DNA of 63,966 nt, the filler included, from Reclinomonas americana ATCC 50394 (lineage: Eukaryota): the NCBI GenBank assembly GCA_048213135.1. It is 11 parts of 11 records of this genome, joined end to end, with 100 filler letters (N's around TTAATTAATTAA, not from the genome) between each part and the next. Parts side by side here need not be neighbours in the genome. Positions count along the whole stretch, not along the records: positions 33,941 to 46,419 come from AFZH01020975.1; positions 46,520 to 55,518 come from AFZH01020976.1; 9 more parts are not named here. One strand, given 5' to 3'. A program made the translations under genes and the position numbers. Below the pieces are notes generated by a model. The model saw nothing but the letters and a program-made list of their open reading frames with translations, did not search any database and was not told the DNA's origin. Shown in pieces: positions 37,001 to 49,654 of this stretch; position 1 is the first letter of the stretch, and every line of letters starts with the position of its first letter.

Positions 37001-40000
37001 TTCTGCTTGATCTCAACTGTGGTTGCGCAGTGTCGGAAGCCCAGCACACGCCGACTGGTGAGACCTGTCCCTGCGCTCACTCTCCCTTCTCCTCGCTGTT
37101 CTCACTTTTCTCTTTCTTCAGCTGCTGTATCTCCTGCTTCACCGCCTCACTCATCTCACTCGCCCAACGACGACCTGCTGCAATCGCTGAAGGCGCAGCT
37201 GGCTGACCGAGATCGCGTGATCGCCTCACTGCGCGCCTCACTTGACGAGCAGCACGGTGCGTGAATCCTCTCCGTTGTGTGTGCTGCGTCCCTCTTTTCT
37301 CATGCGCGCGCGCACCTCAGTATCCGAGGACCTCGAGTCGCAGCTGCGAAATCGCATTGACGAGCTGGAAGAAATGGTGGCCGTGCGCGACGCGCATGTC
37401 ACACAACTGCAAAAAGCGGCCACCGCCGCTCCCACCGCCGCGCAGCTGGAGTCACAAGCAGCCGAAGTCGCCGCGCTGCGCTCCGCCGTGCAAGAGCGCG
37501 ACCGTGCACTGACCAGCCGCGTGGCGCAGCTGGAGGCGTGCGCGCAGCAGCTCGCCGATCTCAACTCGGACAACAATCGACTCGCCAAGTGCGTGTGCCA
37601 CCTTCTGTCCTTGTCTCCACAATCTCAGCGCACTCAGCCTTTCGCCGCGCGCAGAGCCAATCACGAAATGCAGCAACTGGCCGTCTCCCTCGAGACGCAG
37701 CTGCAAGAAGCGCTGCGTGTGGCATCGGCCAGCACGGCTGGTTCGCAGGCCATTGCCGAGCTGCAAGACGCGCTGCGAAAGAAGGAACAGTTCATTGTCG
37801 AAGTGATGGAAGAAGGTTGGCGTCACGCGGCACTCGTGGCCTCCCAGTCATACGTGCTTCTAAAGAGATGATCGTGCAGGCCAGGAGCTGTCGGCGCAAG
37901 TGGGCAAAAAGGCAGAGGAGTGCCGCGTGTTGACGAAAAAGGTCGAGACCCTCGAGCGTGACTTGAAGAAAGTCCAAGAGACGCTGCAGAGCAAGGAGGC
38001 GCTGCTGCAGAGCCGCCAGGCCGAAATCGAGGCGCTGAAGAGCACAGAACGCGAACATCTCGGTCGGTTGCACAATCGCGCACGCAAACTGCGGTGTCGT
38101 TCATCGCTCTCACCCAGTGCTGCAGATACCATCAAGCAAATGCGCGACATTTCGCGCACAACATCCAAGGAGGTCACCGAGAAGCATGCCGAGCTGACAG
38201 CGGCGCAGGAGAATGTGAAGCAGTTGCAGGTGTGTCGGCTTGGAAGTCCCTTCGTATGTTTTTCTCCTTCACCTCACCCTCGCTGCAGGCCGCTCTCGAA
38301 GCTGCTCACGCAGAAGCAGCTTCCGCGCGACGGGAGGTGGCCTCGCGCCGTGAAGAAGACAGCTCGCAAGCTCGGTGCGTAACATCACCTCATGCTCTCC
38401 ATCTTTCTCTCCTTCAACTCATCTCTGCGACAGTGCCGGCGAGGAGCGCATTCGGCTGGAGCTCACGCAGGAACTGAAACGCGTGCAAACCGAGGCCGCC
38501 GACAAGGAGCGCACGTTGCTGCGTACCAACCAAGAACTCCGGCTGAATCTGCAAAAGATCACAGAGGAGTCGGAGACGCGCGGCCGTTTGCTGCAAAAGG
38601 ACCTGCAGGAGGCGCAGCGTCGCTCGCGTGATCTGGAAAAGGAGAATTTGGAACTTGTCGCATCAGTGCCGCGCGCCACCCAACCCCTGCTGCGACAGGT
38701 CGACGAGCTGCGCGTGTCCCTGGAGGCCCTGCGGGAGAGCTCGGCGGAGAAGGAGGAGCGGTGAGCGACGCAAACAGGCAAGAGCGTTGGAGTAGTACTC
38801 ACTCGACGGCATGCGCAGGCTGGAACGCAATCGGGAGCAGGCTGAGCGCGAGGCGGCAACCCTTCGTGAGACCAACGTGCACCTGCGTTCGCAGATGGAT
38901 GAAGTGGTGGGTCTCCCTTTCTGTGCTCTGGATATCCATACCGTTTTTTTCTCACGAAAGCACAGAACAACTATGTGGCCACGCTGGAGGCCAAGATCGG
39001 CAACTTGCAAGCCGAACTGGCCAAGCTTCGTGCGCAGCGAGAGGAGGCGGAGATCGCCAAGGCCGAGCTGTATCAGGGCCAATCGCAGGCATCAACCACA
39101 ATTGCAGTTGCGTTGCTCGTCCACGTCTTTCACCCTTCCAACATCGCCACTCACCGCCACCGACAACGCGCAGGGCCTGGAGAGCGAGATCAGTGACTTG
39201 CGCGAACAGAACGATTCGCTGCAGAGCAGATTACAGGAGCAGCGTGCTGTGCATGAGGTGCGTATTGTGAGAGGAGATCATTGTGCGCATCTTGTCCGTT
39301 CACCCTTGCTGTCGCAGGTTCGCGAACGCGAGTGGAAGGCCGAGCGGGAAGTTTTGGTGCGCGGTGCCCTGCTGCCGCATCCGGCTGCAGGTCGACAGGA
39401 CGACGAGTCGACCCAAAAGCCGGCGTCGGGCGACCAACCATCGACGGCCACCAACGCTTTTGCATTCGGACTCACTGCCGATGTTGCGTGCGCATGCACA
39501 TGTCAACTTTCCTCGCACCTAGTTCTCAATATGTCTGTGTTCAGCGGCCACCCATGTTTGCATTTGACAACTCGGAGGCCCTCAATCGGCAGCGAGAGGG
39601 CGAGATTGCCTCGCTGCGTCGACAGATTGCCGAGCTGCAAAACACAACGGGTGCGTGCCTCTCCTCTCCTCTCCTCCACGCTTTCCTGCTCACCACTGGC
39701 TCATTTTCACTTCGCGTCTCAGCCGTGTTGGAGGAGGAGTTGCTGCAGGCGACCACGAAGAGCGAGGGCTTGTTGCGTCCTTGTGTGCCCGATCCCAACC
39801 AGCACGCCAGCTCATTTGCTCGCACGCACCTGCAGGGAAACGGAATTGACCGAGGCACTGACTGCATTGGACGAGCTGCGCGACGTGGAGGTGCGCCACG
39901 AGACGGCGCTGGAGATCATTGGCGAGAAGGACACGCGCATTGACGAGCTGATGATGGACATTATGGAGATGCGGACTGCGTTTAGAGAGCAAGTGGAGAC

Positions 40001-40040
40001 GCTGATGCGACAGCAAGGTGGTGCGCCGGGCCACTCATGA
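34045..40040 (+). CDS. TMF1: TMF1/Sgm1-like golgin (~35 exons; 5' end lost in gap)
   Basis: VMEEG|QELS motif, VPRATQPLLRQV motif and C-terminal RHETALEIIGEKDTRIDELMMDIMEMRTAFREQVETLM (TMF_TATA_bd-like); extensive coiled coil; Pro/Ala microexon array upstream. Confidence 0.85.
34961..37057 (+). repeat. Tandem array of 22 symmetric phase-1 microexons (9-51 nt) with duplicated exon+intron units
   Basis: Units such as cag|TCGCCACTCAACCGGCACCTGCAGTGCCTGCATCGCCAG|gt repeat at ~95-103 bp spacing (35647, 35748, 35843, 35944, 36045, 36148); all exon lengths are multiples of 3. Confidence 0.8.
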
Positions 40041-40249
40041 TTGTAAAGCGTGCCTCAGCAGTGCCGTGCAGACGACGACGATTGGGTGTGGGGGGGGAAT
40101 GCATTGCATTGCGAGAAAAGGACAAGAGGGAGTATTACAAGAAACAAAACACGCGACACGGCAGCACAAACAGGCTAGGCTGGAGAGCGCTTGTGCGCCA
40201 CAAACAAACGAATAACCATCAAACACAAAACACGAGTTATTAGCTCGTC

Positions 40250-43200
40250 TCACTTGCGGCGCGGTGCATTGACCGGCAACTCGGCAAGAGGCGAGCGATC
40301 GGCAGCAGTCGCCGAAGTGACGCTCTTCACGACTCTCCTCACCGCCGTCGACTTGCTCGCCTTGCTCTTGGGCGGTGGCGTCGGCTCGTCATCCTCGTCG
40401 TCGTCGTCGTCACTGCCGCCCATTTCTCCCACCTCCTCATCTTCGTCGTCCTCCTCATCCGAAACGACCACCATCTGCTTCTTGGACGGCCGAGCAGGTC
40501 GGGCCTTCGGCTGTGCCTTTGCCGGTGGCGGCGCAGCAGATGTGGAGCCAGGGCCCTCAAAGGACACAAAGAGCTCGTTGAGGTCGTCGCTGTCGCGAAT
40601 GACCAGGTTGTGCTCGTTCGCCAGATGCAGGAGGCAGATAAAGTAGTACGAGACCGACAGCTCCGACAGTTGCGACGGCTGAATGTGCTTCTCGGATGAC
40701 GACAGTGCTTGTGAGAATGTCATGGCGTGGTCCGCACTCGGCGATGCCTGTCGAAGGGGGAGGTGAGCAAGTTGTTGACTTCTGTCAGTGGTCGCCTCGC
40801 TGACACCCACCTCGCTCTCCTGCAACGTCGTCCAGAACGCCTCCTTGAGTCCCTTGATGTCGACGCGCTTCGCCACACGCGCATAGTCAATGTCCTCCAC
40901 GTGCACATGACGCGCCTCTTCGATGAGTTGCAGCTGTCCCTCCGGTACAGCCTCGCGGACGGGTGCGAATTCGTCGAGTTCCACCCCGCCGACATACTCG
41001 TCGGCCGAGCCAAACACGCCAGCACCGAATCCATCAACGTCATCACCGTGAGCATCACCCATGCCGTCATCATCGTCGTCGTCGTCGTCGTCGTCATTGC
41101 CGCCGGCAGCATTGGCGAATGGAGCACCGGACTGCATCGCCGCGGACGCACCTGGCTTGCCCATGCGCCAGCTGTGCTCGCCACCCTCGCACCGCTGCAG
41201 AGTTTGATGAGTCGCGAAGGGTGAAAGTGGCGATCAGCAACTGCGAATACGCACCACCAGTCGAGGCTTCAAGAACAGTGCGCGCAGCGAGTCGAGCGTG
41301 TAATGGAAGTCCTCGGGCAGCAAATGGAGATTGCTGGCAGCCGCCTTTTGTGATGACGCTGACAGTGTGTTTGACGATGGTGGGCCCGGTCTGAGAGCCT
41401 CAGCCACAGCGTCGCGATCAAATGGCGTCGAGAAATCGAGGAATGCGTCGGCGGCCGACTTTTTCCTCCGAACCGATTTGGTGGACTCGGCTGCCGCCGA
41501 TGCGGAACGTGAGCCACTCGAGCTTGCCGTGGCTGAGGTGGATGTGAATGGAGAGTTTAGTAAACGGGTCATTGTATGACTAGATTGCTGAAGAGTGCAT
41601 ACCGGCAGCACGGGCGGCGCGGAACTTCCAGTGATCGGGTCCGGCCCATGCCGCGTTCAATTTGGACATGTCAAAGTACGAGTACTCGTCCTCCAAAGCC
41701 ATCGCACTGGCAATGTCGACTTCGGTGGCGGCACCCTCCTGGAATCACGAGTAAGTAAGAAGGGAACTGGCGATTCATGTTGCTTGTTGAGTCACATACC
41801 GCGCCAACCCAGAAGCTTGCCGACGACGCGTTCATTCTGCCACCGGCATCGCCACTCGGGCCAGCGGCTTGATCGTCATCATCATCGTCCGACACATCGT
41901 CGTAGTCGGCCTCGTGTGCGTACCCCATTTCCGGCAGATCGGCCTCGGTCGGGAAGTAATCGTCACCAAACGTCGGGGCCCTGAGACGTGATCAAGTCAG
42001 TGATTGCCGTCGACCAGAATCACATACGTGAGTAGAAACAAGCACTCAACGGCGGTGCAGACGAGCTGTCAGCGGCGGCAGTCGCGAAAGTGGATTCCGT
42101 GGTGGCAATCTCGTGCCGCCGCTGTTGCGATGCGTGACAGGCAGCCGACACGCCTGCATTCGGGAGGGGAATGATGAGAATGATGGACGCAGTAGCAGCA
42201 ACACGGGTGTGAGAAGAGACAAACGAAACCTTGCAAGGCGGCGACTGCAAATGCCTCCACATTCTCCACAGCAGGTGCTGGCTGACCACTGGCCTCCATC
42301 GGCAGCAGCGGCACATACTCATCCTCTGCGTCTTGCACGCTCAGCAGGAAACCGCCACCCCCATCAATCTCATCTTCCAGTGCATGGTCCTCTGCGACAC
42401 GAGAAGTAAGCGCCCGCACTCAACAGGGTGAGCGAGCCATGTAAAATCATCCGCAACTGTCGTCGGAGAAGAAAAAGGCCGGACTGCTCGAGTCGAACAC
42501 GAGCATTCCTCGCGGATTGACCGACAGATTGCTGAGGAGCAAACCGGCAGCACCGCCCTCGTCAAAGAGCGCCGATGTCTTCTTGAACAGTGGGTCCACA
42601 TCAAACTCCAAATCAAACGTCTTGACCGACAGGGAGTCGGGATTGGCCTCCAGTGTCGCACTGGCATCAAAGGTTGCCGGTCGCTGTGCGTCCCCCGAAA
42701 GACACAAGACGTGAGTACGGTATCGTTGGAAAGAGAGTGATGGGCATGAAGAAGAATGAGACCTTGCGTCGGCGCCCACCGGCCTCGCCCTCCTCTCCCT
42801 CCTCGCCTTCACCATCATCATCGTCTCCGCCTCTGCCCTCACCGTCCTTGGCGCTGCGAGTGAGACCGCCGAGGACCTTGAAGACATCCGAGTGCACCGA
42901 GTCCACACGACACGAGAAGATCTTCACACTGGCGTCGAGGGTGCAGCTGGCGGCCTGGAAATTGAGTCCACGCGACGGATCCGACGCAGAGCCGCCCTCA
43001 TTGGAAGACACGGCGCTCTTCAGCACCGCGTCAATGTGGTCAATGAGGTTCAGCTGCCACGAGTTCTTGATGTTGATTTTCTGCGCGGCACGAGAGAGAG
43101 AGAGAGTGAGGACGGGGAAGAAGTGCACGACGGAGAGCGGGGAAGAGTGTGCTCAACGTTCTCCGCCGACAGCTTGATGCACGACGCGTACAGGTCCGTG

Positions 43201-43821
43201 AGCTGCGCATGACTCAGATCCTGCTGCGGCTTGCTCGGCGCCACCGGTCGCCCACTCAATGATGACGACGATGGCCCTGCTGCTGCTCCTGCTGCAGCCG
43301 ACACCATCACCTTTCCAGGCGTCACTGGCAGAATGCTCACTCGGCGACCAGCCATGCTGCTCTTGCTCTTCTTCTTGTTCACCTCCGCCTTCTTCGCCTT
43401 GTGCTTCGCACCACCGCCGCCAAAGTCACCATCCTCCTCATCATCATCGTCCTCCTCACCCTGCTGCTCCTCGGCATCATCGCCCGCGGCCTCACGCTGC
43501 GGTGTCGATGGCAACAGCGAGGCGCGCGCCATGATGCTCTGCCGCTTGCGCTCTCTCCTGCGGCGACGCCGTCTGCTCTCATCCTCGTCCTCCTCCTCCT
43601 CCTCCACTTCCGCCTCACTACGATCACACACACGTGAGCGACTGACTCTCACTAGGAAGAGACTTTGGCCACACTGACCGCTGCTCAGCGTCCTCGTCCT
43701 CCACAAACAACCGCTTCTCCTCGCTCGCCTGTGCGGTCGCCACCCCCTTGCCACTCGCACGCGACGGTCGCGGGCTCAGCACACTCAGTCGTCGTCGCTG
43801 CTGCTTCTTCTTCTCGTCCAT
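40250..43821 (-). CDS. NCAPH: Condensin complex subunit 2 (CAP-H/barren/Cnd2), ~10 exons
   Basis: CIKLSAEN|KINIKNSW; NFQAASCTLDASVKIFSCRVDSVH; VDPLFKKTSALFDEGG; EYSYFD; WAGPDHWKF; IDYARVAKRVDIKGLK; YFICLLHLANEHNL. Confidence 0.95.
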
Positions 43822-43892
43822 TGCTACAAACAAGAAAAATGAAAAATCGTAACGGTCAAAATTCGCGCTCAGCATCGGTCGGGCAAGCAGGG
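43822..43892. promoter_or_regulatory. Putative 71-bp bidirectional promoter/UTR region between NCAPH and COQ4
   Basis: Divergent ATGs at 43821 (-) and 43893 (+). Confidence 0.5.
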
Positions 43893-45429
43893 ATGAACGT
43901 GTTGTTCCGACGATGGTTCTCTTCCGCCACGAGCAACAGCTCATCCTCCTCACGTGTGTTTGTGCCACGCAAGACACCAGCAGTCACAGTTCCGTTGCTG
44001 TGTGAGAGATCAAGAGAGTTAGAGTGTCTCACTGCCTGATGTGACAGCCGACTCCTCCACTGTATGAGGGCCACTTGCGCACGAGTGCACTGGAGAAGGC
44101 GGCGATTGCTGTGGGTTCTGCGGTGACTGCGTTTGTGGATACGTATCGCGGTGATGCGATTGCGGCGTTGGGAGAGACGACGGGGTGGGTGGCGTTGCCG
44201 GCGATGCGCGGGAAGATGATGGAGAGTGAGGTGAGGTGGGGAGGGCGAAGGGGGGAGAGCGAGAAGAGGGAAGATGAGAGAGATGGAGCGGAGAAATGAA
44301 TCTCCGAATCGTTGCTTCTCTCCTTCTTGTTGTTGTTGTCGGTGGTGTTCTTGTTCTTCTCTATTTTCTTCTCCTTCTTCTTCATCTTCTTGTCCTTCAT
44401 TTCGCTCTTGTTGGCATTGATGTTCATCGTCATCGTCTTCTCCTCCTCCCCCCCCTTTCCATCACCTTCTTTCTTCGCCTACTTCTTCTCCTCCTTCTCT
44501 TGTTGTTGTTGTTGTTGGCGTTGCTGTTCATCGTCATAATCGTCGTCGTCATCTTCATCTTCTCCTCCTCCTCCTCCCCTTTCCATCACCTCTTCTCTTC
44601 CTTCTTCTTCCTATTTTCTCGTCCTTCTCTTCTTGTTGTTAGTGTTGTCGAAGAGGAAAAGGAGGAGGAGGAGAAGAAGAACAACAACAACAACAACAAC
44701 TTCGTGTCTTCCTCTTTCTCTTGCTCTTGTTGTTGTTCTCACTCTGCTCTTGTTCTTCTTCTTCTTCTTCTTCTTCTCCCCCTCCTCCTCCTCCTCCTCC
44801 CCCCTCCTCACCTTCGCTCCCCCAGTCCGGCCGACGGATATTGCAAGAGCGACCGGTGGTGACCAGCGAGACGGTGAACTTGGAGGCGCTGGCCAACAGC
44901 GACCCGGCGTCGTTTGGCTACGCGTATGCGCAGTTCATGCGCGGACATCAGTACACTCCCGACGAGCGGGCACCCGTGCGCTTTGTCGACGATGCGGAGC
45001 TGGCGTATGTGATGCTGCGGTATCGACAAGGTGCGGCAGAGAGACAGACGGGGCACAGAATAATTGCCCCGCTCCCATATCTCATCTCTCTTCTTCTCTC
45101 CTCCCCTTCCCCTTTCCCTTCCCCCAGTCCACGACTTTTGGCACACAATCCTCGGTATGCCACCAACGGTGCTGGGTGAGCTGGCGGTCAAGTGGACCGA
45201 GTGGCTGCACACGGGTCTGCCAATGACGGCGCTGTCGGCCCTGGTGGGCCCGCTGCGGTTACCGGCGCCGCATGTGGCGGTGCTGACCTCGCGTCTCATT
45301 CCGTGGGCGATTGAGGTGTCACGCCGCACGCCATTCTACTTGGCCCTCCGCTACGAGGATCACTTGCACGTGCCACTCGAGGAGCTGCGGCGGCAGTGGA
45401 ATGTGCCACCGACACCGTTGTTGGCATAA
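43893..45429 (+). CDS. COQ4: Ubiquinone biosynthesis protein COQ4, 4 exons
   Basis: Transit-peptide-like start MNVLFRRWFSS; LYEGHLRTSALEK; RGDAIAALGETTG; GRRILQERP; ELAYVMLRYRQ|VHDFWH...GELAVKW (HDxxH...E motif). Confidence 0.95.
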
Positions 45430-45473
45430 TTGAAAATTTGATTCACACTTATTCTGCCCCTTCTCTCTGTATC

Positions 45474-46534
45474 TCAGTGACGGTACATGCTCTCGATGCG
45501 CTCGCGCAACGGCGAATCGGCCGCCAGGTCCATCAGCTCTCCGCTCTCCACCACGTCCTTGGCCGGAGGGTCGTCCACCATCATGATCATGGCTGTGCGC
45601 GGCGGCAGATGTGAGCACAGAGTCAGAGAAGCTTGTCTTGCAAGCAACCCACCAGCGGCAATCGTCGACGTGTGGATCGCCGAGTACTTTGCACAGCAGC
45701 ACGAGATGCACCAGCAGTAGCAGAAGCGCATCTGCACGAGTGGCGGTCAGAGGAGGCATAACTTGCTTGCCCGCTCACCCGCACTCACCAAGCACGAGAA
45801 GAAGCACTCGCCACACCGGCACGGCTGATCGCCACGATCAGCCACGATCAACGAAGGCCGCACCATCGTCAAGCTCTGGAACCCAATAGCCCGCAGATCG
45901 CGTTCCACCTCACCCTAATCGCAACAACAACACCATGAGCGCGAGAGACAGAGACAAACGAGGGCGACTGACTCGACCTTGGTTCGCGAGTACAACAACG
46001 AGCTGTTCAGGTCGGCGCCCATGGACGACACATACACCCAGTGCTGCACATCGCCGGCCTTGGCCAGTCGCGCAAAGTCAATGACTGCATGCATAGTGAG
46101 CGACAGCGGACGATCATGCAACGTAGCCAAACATGAAAGATAACCATAGTCATGATCGATCTTGTAAAAGGCCGCATCAGAGCCGGCAACTGCGCGCGTG
46201 GTTCCCAACGCACAAAACACCACCGACGCATCGGCAAAGAGCTCGCGCAGCTCCGAGTTCTCCTCCATGTTGTCAAACGAGGCAAGCAGCACATAGTCAA
46301 GTTTCTCCGAGGCCTCCGCTTCCTCGAATGCCGCGCCTGCAGTCACGTGAGAGAGAGAGAGAGGAGGGGAGGGGGGGCCGGACGACGTCGGACCGAAGGC
46401 GACGACGAGGGGAAGTAGGNNNNNNNNNNNNNNNNNNNNNNNNNNNNNNNNNNNNNNNNNNNNTTAATTAATTAANNNNNNNNNNNNNNNNNNNNNNNNN
46501 NNNNNNNNNNNNNNNNNNNCAGGAGAGGGAGAGA

Positions 46535-46581
<47 letters not shown>

Positions 46582-46847
46582 CATCGAGGCATGCTCTCAC
46601 CACCAAGTTTGCGACGCGCGATAATGGTCACACGATGACAGCGATCGTGCTGGAGGAGACCGCGAACAGTATCCTTTGTTTTGTGAAGAAAAAGCATTGG
46701 TCAGTTTGCCCTTGTCATATATGTCGTTCCTCCCCGCACCTTTCCGCATGCTCCAGTGGCGCCAATGACCACTGCGTGGTATGGGCGTGAGCGATCGACG
46801 CCGCTGTAGGTGGCGACGGGTGCTTCCAACAAGGCGCCTGAGCTCAT
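45474..46847 (-). CDS. HTATIP2: TIP30/HTATIP2-like NAD(P)-binding oxidoreductase, 7 exons, spans the 46420 gap
   Basis: VVIGATGACGK|...VTIIARRKL; FCALGTTRAVAGSDAAFYKIDHDY; VSSMGAD...LYSRTK|GEVE; VRPSLI. Confidence 0.85.
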
Positions 46848-47257
46848 GACAGAATTGAAAAGGTAATTGTTGCAAGTCCTGCGACGCTCGGCCTTTCTTT
46901 GCGGCGATCAGCATGCAGGCATCTCGATTCATCATCCCTCCTCTGCTACTGCTTCTTTACGTTCATCAATGACACTCTGCTCTGTCCTCGTTCACGACAG
47001 CAACGCAACACAGCCTCACCACAATTAACATCACAACCTGCCTGCCTGTGTGCTCTGAAATCATCCGCGATCACAACAACACCCCTCTCCCTGTCCTCTC
47101 TTCTCCCACAAACCCCTCTCCCTTCCCCCCTCGCATCCATCTGCTGATTTTTGTAGTTTTCGTGTACTTGTTAGTGCGGGGTGAACGGACCGGGATTGTT
47201 GGCACAGAACTAAGCGCCCATAGACAGAGATAAGCCACTCGCGCCCACAGCTGGCGT

Positions 47258-48073
47258 TTAGAGCTTGTGGCTGGCCACACGCTTGGCGGCCAGATCCAGC
47301 TCGCGCTGGCCCTTCGACGTGATGTAGCGACTGCGCACACACAGCAACGAATCAGTCCCCTGTTCCTGCTGTTGCCGACGACGACGCTGCTACAGCCTGG
47401 TTCCTGCTGCTTCTGCACACTCACCCCTTCTCCTTGGTCTGCACCAACTCTGCGCGCTCCAGCTCTTGCAGCACGTGGCGGATGATGCCACCAGCAGCAA
47501 TACCCTGGCGGTTGGGTTGGCTTCCGCGGCGCTTGCAGCCACCGAACTTCTTGCGCAGGTAGCCCACACCCACACCCGGCTTCAGGTACACCTTGCGCAG
47601 GCACGCAGCTAATGGAAGAGCGAGTGAGCAACAGAGTCGACATGTCGTCCTGCGTGCACTCTCATGACAATCATCACACGCACCAGCGCGCACGTAGTAC
47701 CAGTCGGGATCATAGGGTGACAGCTCCTTGAAGCAGGCAGTCTTCACGTGCTGTTGATTGAAAGGGAGAAAGAGAGCGATCAGAGGCTACTTTGGTGATT
47801 CACACACACTCAGACACGCGTGCGCAACATCGAGCCACTCAGGCAGACGCAGTGCGCCCTGCGACTTGAGCTGCTTGGCGAACTCGGTGACGAGGTCCTT
47901 TGGTGCGACGTCCTTGACTGCGCGCATGTCGCACATGCACATGTCAGCCCCACTCACACACACTCACTCGCTCCCACACACGCAAACATCGACATCCCAC
48001 ATATTCCTTCCACTGCGCGTGTATGTGTGAGAGTAGTAAGGTGAAGGAACGCACCAACGACAGCTGAGCTCAT
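47258..48073 (-). CDS. RPS19: 40S ribosomal protein eS19, 5 exons
   Basis: Spliced: MSSAVVVKDVAPKD...PEWLD|HVKTACFKELSPYDPDWYYVRA|AACLRKVY...GRYITSKGQRELDLAAKRV. Confidence 0.96.
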
Positions 48074-48661
48074 GTTTTCCGTTCACCGCGACACGAACTG
48101 GTTGAGTAAGTAGAATTCCACCAGTCCGTTCCGATCAATGGCCTTACACCATCACTCAGCCCACATTGTGAGTACAGGTCGCCACCTCCTGCTCTCCTCT
48201 TTGTGTGTATGTGTCATGTGTATTGAGAGACAGCAGCGTTGGTGTCGATCAGTCAGGCAGCGGGCAGCAAGTGTGTGTGTGTCTGTGTGTGTGAGTGACA
48301 TGCATGTGCATGTCCATGTACGCCGCCCCTCTTACCACGCGTGTGTGCACTCGTCGCTCGTGCTGGTGTGTGTTCTAGTGTGCATGTGTGTGCCACGTGA
48401 GCCGTGCGTGTGGCTGTGACTCTCTGTGTGTGTGAGTGTGTGCATGAAGTGGTGTGAGGGGTGAGAGTGACATGGCGCGCCAGTGTGTGTGCGTGTGTGT
48501 GTGCAGTGCGGCAGTAGAGTGATGCGTGTGTGCGCAAGAGAGAGACTGGGCGTGCAGGGGGTGTCATGTTGATTTCAGGTCGTGAGTCAGTCATGACCAG
48601 CCATGCCACACGCTCACTCTCTCTCTCTCTCTCCTCCTCCTGCACGCGCACAGCTTCCTCC

Positions 48662-49470
48662 ATGCCGAACTCGTACGGTTACCGCGCGCGCACGCGTGAC
48701 TTGTTCAAGCGCAAGTTCCGCCAAAATGGCATGGCTTCGCTGAAGACCTTTTTGACCGTCTTCAAGGTCGGCGACATTGTGGACGTGGTGGCCGATGCTT
48801 CTCAACAGAAGGGTGAGCAAGCTCTACCGTGATGATGAAGGAGTGGAGTGGGATGCGAGGGATGCATCGGTCCTTTGTGTGTGACATGGAGACAGAGAGG
48901 CAGTGATCATCCACTGCAGCATGATGATGAGAATGATAGTTTGCATGAATGCATGCTGACTCTGCTGCTGCTGTTGTTGTTCTCTAGGTATGCCGCACAA
49001 GTTCTACCATGGCAAGACCGGCTACGTGTGGAACGTGACTCCCCGCGCTGTGGGTGTGGAGATAACCAAGACTGTTGCGTACACGCAGATGGAGAGAGAC
49101 AAGCAAGCAACCAGCCTGGCAGAGTAATCGTGCTCACTGTTGTCAACACCTCCAGGTCGGCAACCGCGTGCTCCGCAAGCGCATCAGCGTCCGCATTGAG
49201 CACGTGCGCAAGAGCAAGAGCCGAGATGCCTTCCTCCAGCGCGTCAAGGAGAACGACAAGCAGCGAGAGGCTCACAAGGCTGGCGGTGAGCGATTGTGCT
49301 TCGCACACACAAAGCACAATGTGCGTTCTCGTGGTCGCTGACTGCTTTGCAATGCAGCTCCCTTCGTCTCGACACGTCGCCAGATGCCTGGACCCAAGAC
49401 TGGTGGCATTGTCAAGTTTGCCAAGGCACCAATTGATGTGGCGGCCGAGAAGTTCGAGATCGTTGTCTAA
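48662..49470 (+). CDS. RPL21: 60S ribosomal protein eL21, 4 coding exons (likely 5'-UTR intron 48168-48653)
   Basis: [15 protein letters not shown]...KVGDIVD...[14 protein letters not shown]...|[20 protein letters not shown]. Confidence 0.97.
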
Positions 49471-49654
49471 AGGATTCGGGCGTGTTGCCGACGGTGGTTT
49501 GGCGCGGTGATCGCACTCTGCTTTTGGGCACTCCCCAGCGTATATTCGTTTGTGTGTGTGTGCAATGGTGGCGTGTGGTTGTTGTGTCGGCTGAGTACAA
49601 ACACACAAAATCTACAAGAGCAGTCCCCCCAACCCACGTTCACTTTGCTCTTTG

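Noticed and set aside
43150..43157. Reading the shifted donors as non-canonical TT-start introns (G|TTGCG, G|TTGAG)
   Set aside because: It would require non-AG acceptors and would change conserved residues (CAP-H ENK to ENE; homeodomain HPYP to QPYP)
48829..48970. Box C/D snoRNA in RPL21 intron 1 (RTGATGA ... CTGA with gcagc/gctgc flanks)
   Set aside because: The stem-flanked C-to-D distance is only ~30 nt, CTGAC doubles as the branch point, and no rRNA guide is recognisable; an Infernal/snoscan search would settle it
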